DNA of 64,000 nt, from positions 1 to 64,000 of the IMG/VR virus record IMGVR_UViG_3300027779_001649; one strand, 5' to 3'. The translations under genes were made by a program, and so were the position numbers. Each line of letters starts with the position of its first letter. The first letter of the stretch is position 1. Source of the stretch: a virus. The notes below the pieces were generated by a model. That model had not been told where the DNA came from, searched no databases, and saw only the letters and a program-made list of their open reading frames with translations. Below, one piece after another: positions 56,521-64,000 of the stretch.

Positions 56521-57471
56521 TTATCCTTTATTTATACGCAAGGCATATGTGGTAATGGTGGAATTTGATCCGTTTGGAAATTCTTGGGCACGATAATCAT
56601 CCCCAACTTGTCTAGTCTGGTAGTTACCAGCACCACCAGTAAGTCTGGTGTTAACCATAGCTGTTCCTCTAGTATTACCACTACCTGAGGCTTCTATAGT
56701 GTAACTAATCTGATATCCATCTGACGATTCTGAGGCAGTTTCTCGTATCCATTCAGTTAGAAGTGCATCTAATGTACCTTCGGTAAAAGTTTGTAAATGA
56801 CGGGCACTATCCGTTATATAAACAGGATATCTGGCAGGCGCCGTATCGGTTCCTGATCGTTTGTGTAAGTAATAACTTGTAATTGTTGTTGGTTGGTCTA
56901 AAGTTTCTGGAATTCCTCCGGCGGTATATGCACTTACATCAGCTCTTGTATCTATGAAAACAGGGTCAGTTGAAACTACTGCATAATTAGTTGCAGGGGT
57001 TACAGAAGTAGTAATACTATATGTTCCAGCCGTAGTAGCACTCTCTGTTCCAGAAATAAGTAGGTCTACAGCAGGATGTAAGAAGGTATCTTTAATGTCT
57101 GCGATAGTCATTGCTTGTAAGTCATTATCCCCATTAATATATAGTGGCCAAGTTGTTCCTGTATCTGATGTAGGTGATACTGATGCTTTGGCTTGATCTA
57201 CACGGTCATAACTAACCGTAACCTCAGCAGGTTCTGCCGTAGTAGCTTCACTAGGAAATGCAGTTGCAGACTGAGATGTTGCACCCGCCTTCAATCTAGT
57301 ATCACTCATAGCAGTTAAGTCTCCAGCTACACTAGTAGATACAGTTAGAGTAACAGAAGGACTTGTTCCATAGAGATAACATATCTGATTAGTCCACTCA
57401 AGAACTTCAGCAGTTGTCATTTCTTGTATGTCATTAGAGCTAGTAATATATACTGGTTTTCTAACTGCCAT
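56521..57471 (-). CDS. Putative virion structural protein with three internal repeats
   Basis: PVYITSSNDIQEMT / PLYINGDNDLQAMT / PVYITDSARHLQTFT; DTR/NTR in each unit. Confidence 0.65.
   Translation of the reverse strand: MAVRKPVYITSSNDIQEMTTAEVLEWTNQICYLYGTSPSVTLTVSTSVAGDLTAMSDTRLKAGATSQSATAFPSEATTAEPAEVTVSYDRVDQAKASVSPTSDTGTTWPLYINGDNDLQAMTIADIKDTFLHPAVDLLISGTESATTAGTYSITTSVTPATNYAVVSTDPVFIDTRADVSAYTAGGIPETLDQPTTITSYYLHKRSGTDTAPARYPVYITDSARHLQTFTEGTLDALLTEWIRETASESSDGYQISYTIEASGSGNTRGTAMVNTRLTGGAGNYQTRQVGDDYRAQEFPNGSNSTITTYALRINKG
56529..56536 (-). promoter_or_regulatory. T4-type late promoter heading the 56509-50697 operon
   Basis: TATAAATA about 20 nt upstream of 56509. Confidence 0.75.
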
Positions 57472-60151
57472 TACTATCTCCAGCACAATATAAGGTTCTT
57501 AGGGTTGCACCAGTACTACTTATTAATCTCATTCTATTTGGAAAAATACTCTTCATTTCTTCTCCCATTTCTCCCATCATCCTTTTCATAACATGACGGT
57601 CAGTTTGAGTTGTAAGTGCTACTGCTTCTTCAAATATAATATTACTGTCTGCATTGGTAGAACTACCATCAGTACCATTTAAGGTAATATCGTCACCAGC
57701 ATTTGCACTACCGTTAGTACTATCTATAAGGAGATTATCACCACCTTGTTTATTCGGGAATGATAACTCACCAGTAGAACTTAGTTCCATAGCAGTGGAA
57801 GCAGCTTCTGAAATACCAGTTGAGAATTGTAGTTTAGTTGCATTGTTAGAAGCACTAAAGTCACCTTCAGATACAGCAGAAAGAGCAGCTGCAACCGTAA
57901 TTGCATCAGTACCAGCACCCTCATCTGGAGCAGAGAAAGTTAACTTACCAAGAATATTATCTACAGCAATGTCATCATCACCACTTGCAAATGCTAGTGT
58001 TGGATACTTGTCATCTCCACTAGCTGCATGTTTAAGAGTAAGTCCAGTATTAAGAACGTGACTAAGAGTAATCTCCTGTGCATCTCCAAATTGGATAGAT
58101 GCACTATCGGAATCTAATACAATGTCATCACCGACCCAGATATCTCCAGCAACACCCAATCCACCGGCAACAGTTACTGCCGCAGTTGTTGTTGCACTAG
58201 CAGCTGTAGTTGCAGAGAAACCCACAACACCAGCAGAACTGACAGAGATTGCATCCGTATCTGTAGTTGAACCAATAGTTCCATCATCGGCAATTACCAA
58301 TCCACCACCAGTTATAGTTCCTGTCGTTGTTATTGCATTACCTGTACTAATAGTACCAAATCCAGAGGCGATAGAACCACCAACTAAAGCACCAACAGAA
58401 GTTATGTTTGTTTGTGCGGCGGTTACTATTGTTCCAGTTACGTTTCCTGTTAAATTACCAGAGAAAACAGTTGAAGTCAATGTCCCACTACTAGGATTAT
58501 AGATAAGTCCTGTATCAGTTCTTATATTTTCATTACCAGTAGCAGCATCGGTAAAGTTCATAAAGTGTGATGCATCTGTAGTATTTGTTGCAACTAAGGT
58601 TACTGTTGTTGCATTACTTCCTACTGTACCAGAAAACGATAAATTACCAGCAGCATCAGAGACCAACGCATCACCAGTAGAAGAAGCATCGGATACAGGT
58701 AATTTGTAAATCTGATTTCCAGCAAGTGAGGTACTGGCGGCAAAACCAACATAGTTAACACCGTTATACCATCTTAATTCTTTCTCATCACCATTTAAAT
58801 ATAGATACTCAGAAAGTTCCATACCTTGACTGAAGGTAGTTACACCAGAAGATGCAATTGCAATCGCATCTGTATCAGTTGCAGAACCTATGTTACCACC
58901 GTCAGAAACTATAATACTTCCTGTAGATGTTAGGGTTCCCCCAGTAATAATCCCAGTTGTCGTGATAGTAGACGAACCAGTATCTATAGTTCCAAAGTTA
59001 GATGTGATTGAACCCCCGTCCAAAGCACCAACTGAAGTAACATTAGTTTGTGCAGCTGTCTGTATGGTTCCTGTAAGATTACCTTCTACATTAGCAACAA
59101 GAGTTCCAGTAGTTATAGTTAAGTTACCAGTATCAACACCTGTGTTAGTAGTTGTTCCCATCACAAATGTGTCAGCACTTTCATCCCAACCCATAAATGC
59201 ATTGTCACCAGTAGAACCACGTTCCATGACAAAACCCATGTCATTTGCGTTAGTAGTTGCACCAGTATTTAATTCTATGAGAGTATCTTCAATAACTGTA
59301 TTAGCTGCTGAGTTTGTTACCGTTGCACCATTAACAGTTAAGTTTCCTGTAATAACTAGATCTTGAGATATACCAACTACACCAGTAGCAGATATTGAAA
59401 TCGCATCCGTATCAGATGCAGAACCTATATTACCATCGTCGGCAATAACCAATCCTGTTAGAGTGCCAACAGAAGTAATTTGAGTTTGAGCGGCATCTAC
59501 ACTAAGTGTATTCGTTGAAAGAGTAAGTCCAGTTCCATCCACAAGGGCAGTCTTTGACATTGCGATAGCGGCACTTGTGTTAACATCATCGTTAACAATA
59601 ACACCACTACCAATCGCAGCTGTTCCTGTAACATTACCACTACCATCAAAGGATGCAGAAGTCCATGTCACATCTCCTGTGGATGCAATAGTTCTACCAG
59701 TTGCGAGTGCAGTAGCAGTAGTTGCATTACCAGACAATGCACCAGAGAATATAGTTGCGGCGACTGTTCCAGTACTTGGATTATAGTGTAAGTCTCCATC
59801 AGATTCTATGGAAACAGTACCAGTATAAGACGCATCGGCTGCAAAGAGAATTGCGTTATTCTCATTAGTTGATTCGTTGTCTGCTACTGAAATTGTAGAA
59901 GCTAATACAGATGTACCAGTAGTTAGTAAAGTGCCATCTTCGTTAGGAATCAAAACCGTTCTATCGGCAGTAGGGTTAACTACATTTAACGCAGTCTCAT
60001 ATGCATCAGCAGAAGAACCTTCAAAGTTAATTCCCACGCCAAATATATTATTATTCTTTACATCTACTACATCAGAAACTAAATTATTAAATTCCCTTCG
60101 GAATTCATCTAGAGTGTTTGCTGATGTAATCTGCGAGGCTGTAATGGCCAT
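57461..60151 (-). CDS. Tail fibre / receptor-binding-like protein
   Basis: Ser/Thr/Gly-rich; TLDEFRREFN N-terminus; repeated AAQT.ITSVG and IGS..DTDAI units. Confidence 0.75.
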   Translation of the reverse strand: MAITASQITSANTLDEFRREFNNLVSDVVDVKNNNIFGVGINFEGSSADAYETALNVVNPTADRTVLIPNEDGTLLTTGTSVLASTISVADNESTNENNAILFAADASYTGTVSIESDGDLHYNPSTGTVAATIFSGALSGNATTATALATGRTIASTGDVTWTSASFDGSGNVTGTAAIGSGVIVNDDVNTSAAIAMSKTALVDGTGLTLSTNTLSVDAAQTQITSVGTLTGLVIADDGNIGSASDTDAISISATGVVGISQDLVITGNLTVNGATVTNSAANTVIEDTLIELNTGATTNANDMGFVMERGSTGDNAFMGWDESADTFVMGTTTNTGVDTGNLTITTGTLVANVEGNLTGTIQTAAQTNVTSVGALDGGSITSNFGTIDTGSSTITTTGIITGGTLTSTGSIIVSDGGNIGSATDTDAIAIASSGVTTFSQGMELSEYLYLNGDEKELRWYNGVNYVGFAASTSLAGNQIYKLPVSDASSTGDALVSDAAGNLSFSGTVGSNATTVTLVATNTTDASHFMNFTDAATGNENIRTDTGLIYNPSSGTLTSTVFSGNLTGNVTGTIVTAAQTNITSVGALVGGSIASGFGTISTGNAITTTGTITGGGLVIADDGTIGSTTDTDAISVSSAGVVGFSATTAASATTTAAVTVAGGLGVAGDIWVGDDIVLDSDSASIQFGDAQEITLSHVLNTGLTLKHAASGDDKYPTLAFASGDDDIAVDNILGKLTFSAPDEGAGTDAITVAAALSAVSEGDFSASNNATKLQFSTGISEAASTAMELSSTGELSFPNKQGGDNLLIDSTNGSANAGDDITLNGTDGSSTNADSNIIFEEAVALTTQTDRHVMKRMMGEMGEEMKSIFPNRMRLISSTGATLRTLYCAGDSNGS

Positions 60152-60165
60152 TCTATTCTACTCCA

Positions 60166-60390
60166 CTAATTCACTAATTTCTGCAATAGACCTTTTATCT
60201 CATGCATCTCAGACTTAATGTTATTTATCTCTCTTGTTGCATTACGAATATCATCTCTCTGAGATTGAGCTTCTTGAGCCCTTTTTTTTGCCATATCATA
60301 AGCAGAGGTATTTCGGTTAATAATAGCATTAGAGCTAGTATCCCTAATTAAATCTGGTCTTTCTTCTACGTTTAAAAATCTTTCTGTCAT
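60166..60390 (-). CDS. Small conserved virion-region protein
   Basis: LIRDTSSNAIIN plus C-terminal coiled coil; usual position after the VrlC-like gene. Confidence 0.65.
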   Translation of the reverse strand: MTERFLNVEERPDLIRDTSSNAIINRNTSAYDMAKKRAQEAQSQRDDIRNATREINNIKSEMHEIKGLLQKLVN

Positions 60391-60391
60391 T

Positions 60392-63300
60392 TTATGTAGC
60401 TAGTGCTATGCACCTTAAATCCTTTATTCTTATTGGTTGAGAAGAATTAGTTCCCTTCATCACAATCTTAATTGAGAAGGATATAAATTCATCTAGTGAG
60501 GAATCTGTTCCATCATCTTTAACTCCAGCAGTAAATTTATATTGTTGTAAATCATCATATGTTAATGATGGGTTCGTAACAGTATCAGTAGCACCTGTAG
60601 AATTAAAATTAGTCCAACCTAAATCATCAAAGTCAGATGCATCATCAGTTCTTAATATCTTATACATGACTTGGATAGTAGCAGAGGTATGTCTGTAACC
60701 AGCAAAGAATACTCTCAATGCGGTAGCAGGATTTTCCAAAGTAACTTTCTTAGTCATATAAATTGCACTGTTATTATCACCTTCTGGGTCTGTAGATGCA
60801 ACGAAATCTGATGTTGGATAAACATCTGTTGAATCATCAATAGCATTAATTCTGTTGGCAACTGCAACAAAAGACATTCTCTGTGCATCTATTATCGGAG
60901 ACACATATGAATTGTTACTAGTAAGAGTAAGAGGCATTATAAGTGATTTAGAACCAGACAATTCGTTTGTTTCATTTATAAGAGAACAAACCATTTGTGT
61001 AGCATCTAACTCAAAATTTTCTTGCAGAGTCATCACTGAAGCGTTACTTAAAGTAGTTTTGGTAAAGGAAACTTCTGTTCCACTTGCACTTGTGCCAGTA
61101 GTTGGTTGAAGTTTAGCAGAAATAGCGGTTCCATCTACTGCAAGAGTTGAAATATTTGGTTGACAAGTATTATATATTGCGTTCTGTGATGCAGTAACCA
61201 TACTACCACCATTCTCAGCTGTGGTCACTCCACCACTAATACTTGGAGCAACAAGTAATGTTACAGTATACGAATCTATCGTTATATTAGAAAGGGCAGT
61301 ATGAGTTTTATTAATATTTGTAAAAGGAACTTTATGTATCATGTATAATTCTACTTCTGTCCCATCAGCGTGAGATGCAGCTGTTGTATTATCCATACCC
61401 CTAGTTACACCAGATACACCAGCAGTAGTTATTGTATTGTACTTTAAAATCTCATCGTCAATTTTAATATACCAATCACTACTAGCGTCATATGCAAATT
61501 TACCAGTGGTATCATCAAAATCTGAATTAGATGCCAACAAGAATGATGTTGATTCTGGGGATATAGCACCATTCAAAGTTGTAACTGCATTTGATTTTAC
61601 ACCACTAATTGTGACATTATTTGCGGTAGAATACATATGGTGATCTGGTTGTTTAACCCTTAGTGTTGTAGAACCATTTTCAAAGGTTAATGGATTATCT
61701 TGTAATGCTTTCACTTCAACGTCACTATTAATAAGGTCTACCACACCAGGCGTTCCAATATCAAATTTAGCTCTCCTCATAACATACTTAACATCCTCCA
61801 TTAATGATGGAGCCCAAGTTCTGTTGTTATGACTCTTGAACATTACACCACTATGAGGTTGTTTAGATACTTGTCTACTACCCCCAATTTCTGTTTCTCC
61901 CATTCGTGAAATCCATACCTTATGATTAGGAGAATGTGATTTCATAACAAAACAATATTCAGTATTATTCATTAAATATACTGGAGATGGAAATGTATAT
62001 GTCGTTGCAACTGTGGCTGTTTGGGATAAATTAATCTCAGATGGTTGCTTCGCAACCCTTCCAAAAGGAATTACCTTTGTACCTGGCGTACCGTTAACAA
62101 CATTTCTAATTTCTAATGATGTTTGAAGTAGGTCATCCTTTTCTGCAAAAAAGATATCTATACTTGTTATAAAAACACCTGGCGTTTGTTGTGTTCCTTC
62201 AGATGTAGTGTCAACTGCTACAGGCAATTCTTCTATGAAGAAAGTCTGGGCAAGAGGATCTGTACCTCCGTCTCCGTCCCAACCATCATCACCGTCAGTA
62301 GCAGCTGCTACATTAGGGGATACAGATAGAATCTGTGAAGTGGAAGAAGATCTAGATGTATTTTCTGATACTGATCTACGAACAACCTCGGCATTTCGTA
62401 CTGCAAGGATAGTTTCCTGTTCTGTTTCTAGTATACCTTTTGCATAATAGATAGTCTCACCAGCTGTTGCAGGATCTATACTAGTAGTATTTGTATCACT
62501 AGAAGTCAATCTAAATTGTAGCTCTCCAGATTGCCATACTGGGTTTCCAGCTGCCAGTGGGTTAGGGATTTGAAATGTTCCTTTAATCAGACCACTTGCA
62601 CTAATAACCATCGCTACACCTTGAACGATACTCTCATCATTTGTAGAGTACCCAACACCAGGCGTGCAATATTTTGAAACGGCTTTATTATCAAAGAAAG
62701 CATAAACTCTTGTATTTGGATAAAAACCATGACCTTCAAAGGCGATATTTCTTGATCTAATATATGGTATTACTGCACGAGCAATGACCTTAGAACCTTG
62801 AGATTCCATATCAATCTTTTGAACTACATCAGTTCTCATACCAGTTCTACGTAAATCGGTTCTCGTTGTTTGTATAGCACGGGTAACTGTATTAGCACCT
62901 TCTACACCACTACTCTGTCTTGAGGATGTAACACCAGACCATTGAGTCTGCCATGCATTCCATATCGTCCCTATAGCATTCCTATTATTATTAAATACTG
63001 TATCAAAGTTACCATCAACATTAACAACCAAAGCTGGAGCAATTTCAGTTTCAAACCATTCATCTGAGGTAGGAGTTATTGATAAATCTCCAACCCAGTT
63101 TGATAACAATACTGGAGTTAACCGTTCTATTCGTGTTGCATATGGTTGTTCATCTAAGAGAACCTCAGTATAAGGTAGACTAATAATGTCACCAGTTTTT
63201 GAATAACCAGAACCCGCTCGTTCCACATCCGTAGATACTGATTCTGTTAACGTAATACCTTTCATCTTATGCTGTGGTCTTAGTTCTTTAGCTTCCATAT

Positions 63301-64000
63301 CAATAGAGTTTTTATAATCGGGATGACCTACATCACCAACCCTATGACCAGTAAAATTATCTACCACAAACCCAGATTTAAATCTACTAAGACCATTTGA
63401 ATCTTGTATTTCAAAACTCTCTGCATCCCTTTCTAAAAGAGACAACGCAGTATAATATTCTACATTCTCTATACGATCTTCAAGTCTACCAATATCTCTC
63501 ATGGTATATCTTTGATTTTTCATCTTCACAGTTCTAACAACTTGAGGACGCATAGTATAGGCTGGTAAGAATATTTCTAAAAGTTTCATCATACCATCTG
63601 GTTCTTTTGGTTTTTTTGGAAGTTCTGCTGATTCACCTTCAGTGATAACCACTAAACCAGCATTAGTCATATGCACTAACGTCCATCTAGGTAGATAGTA
63701 TTCAAAATCACTTTGGACTAAAGCACCAGGCGGTGGAAAGTTAACCGTGGAAGAACCCGTACCATCAAACTGTCTATGATAGAAATCAAATGTATTACTT
63801 GTAACTTCATCGGTAACACCCACTGTGGAACTTGTACCAGAAGCATCTTCAACCCTAGGACGGAAATCAAAAACATCCTGTAGAGGATATTGACCAGTAG
63901 GTTGTGGATCATCTGGATCAACTTTAGATGCAGAGTATATTGGAATATCTTCATAATCCATTTGATTTGCGACATCAATATAAGAATCAGCCGTGAAAAC
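60392..64000 (-). CDS. Large VrlC-like (DUF4815-type) structural protein, 5'-truncated by window edge
   Basis: RYTMRDIGRLEDRIENVEYYTALSLLE, FKSGFVVDNF, DPLAQTF, IKDLRCIA. Confidence 0.85.
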   Translation of the reverse strand, partial: VFTADSYIDVANQMDYEDIPIYSASKVDPDDPQPTGQYPLQDVFDFRPRVEDASGTSSTVGVTDEVTSNTFDFYHRQFDGTGSSTVNFPPPGALVQSDFEYYLPRWTLVHMTNAGLVVITEGESAELPKKPKEPDGMMKLLEIFLPAYTMRPQVVRTVKMKNQRYTMRDIGRLEDRIENVEYYTALSLLERDAESFEIQDSNGLSRFKSGFVVDNFTGHRVGDVGHPDYKNSIDMEAKELRPQHKMKGITLTESVSTDVERAGSGYSKTGDIISLPYTEVLLDEQPYATRIERLTPVLLSNWVGDLSITPTSDEWFETEIAPALVVNVDGNFDTVFNNNRNAIGTIWNAWQTQWSGVTSSRQSSGVEGANTVTRAIQTTRTDLRRTGMRTDVVQKIDMESQGSKVIARAVIPYIRSRNIAFEGHGFYPNTRVYAFFDNKAVSKYCTPGVGYSTNDESIVQGVAMVISASGLIKGTFQIPNPLAAGNPVWQSGELQFRLTSSDTNTTSIDPATAGETIYYAKGILETEQETILAVRNAEVVRRSVSENTSRSSSTSQILSVSPNVAAATDGDDGWDGDGGTDPLAQTFFIEELPVAVDTTSEGTQQTPGVFITSIDIFFAEKDDLLQTSLEIRNVVNGTPGTKVIPFGRVAKQPSEINLSQTATVATTYTFPSPVYLMNNTEYCFVMKSHSPNHKVWISRMGETEIGGSRQVSKQPHSGVMFKSHNNRTWAPSLMEDVKYVMRRAKFDIGTPGVVDLINSDVEVKALQDNPLTFENGSTTLRVKQPDHHMYSTANNVTISGVKSNAVTTLNGAISPESTSFLLASNSDFDDTTGKFAYDASSDWYIKIDDEILKYNTITTAGVSGVTRGMDNTTAASHADGTEVELYMIHKVPFTNINKTHTALSNITIDSYTVTLLVAPSISGGVTTAENGGSMVTASQNAIYNTCQPNISTLAVDGTAISAKLQPTTGTSASGTEVSFTKTTLSNASVMTLQENFELDATQMVCSLINETNELSGSKSLIMPLTLTSNNSYVSPIIDAQRMSFVAVANRINAIDDSTDVYPTSDFVASTDPEGDNNSAIYMTKKVTLENPATALRVFFAGYRHTSATIQVMYKILRTDDASDFDDLGWTNFNSTGATDTVTNPSLTYDDLQQYKFTAGVKDDGTDSSLDEFISFSIKIVMKGTNSSQPIRIKDLRCIALAT

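Noticed and set aside
57654-62447. Multiple + strand ORFs opposite the fibre and VrlC-like genes
   Set aside because: Antisense shadows caused by codon bias; no expression signals or motifs noticed.
1-64000. tRNA, rRNA, CRISPR array, integrase, intron/intein, stop-codon recoding
   Set aside because: None recognised by eye; core genes are uninterrupted and of normal length with standard stops. A tRNAscan/Infernal run would be needed to exclude RNAs fully.

Overview
A 64-kb segment of an AT-rich, T4-like (marine-type) myophage genome, mostly encoded on the minus strand. It carries the conserved core order: VrlC-like structural gene, tail fibre, gp13-gp14-gp15, gp16-gp17, gp18-gp19-gp20, gp21-gp22-gp23, gp3, uvsY-uvsW, gp55-gp47-gp46, def, vWA/CobS-like. 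T4 late promoters (TATAAATA) and sigma70-type promoters are both present. Inserted between the core genes is a dense set of accessory genes: five radical-SAM enzymes (two with the Cys-rich C-terminal domain split off as a separate gene), at least seven 2OG/Fe(II) oxygenases, three paralogous PP-loop (AsnB/QueC-superfamily) proteins, and a family of ~100-aa proteins. It also holds sulfotransferases, APS kinase, glycosyl-, methyl- and acetyltransferases, a truncated pyruvate kinase, Fe-S assembly genes, two complete TRAP transporters and an orphan TRAP binding protein. The best candidate for an undescribed system is a twice-occurring neighbourhood of PP-loop protein + ~100-aa protein + TRAP transporter within a late-expressed enzyme network. 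No tRNA, rRNA, CRISPR array or integrase was seen. All family assignments come from motifs recognised by eye; no database search was run.
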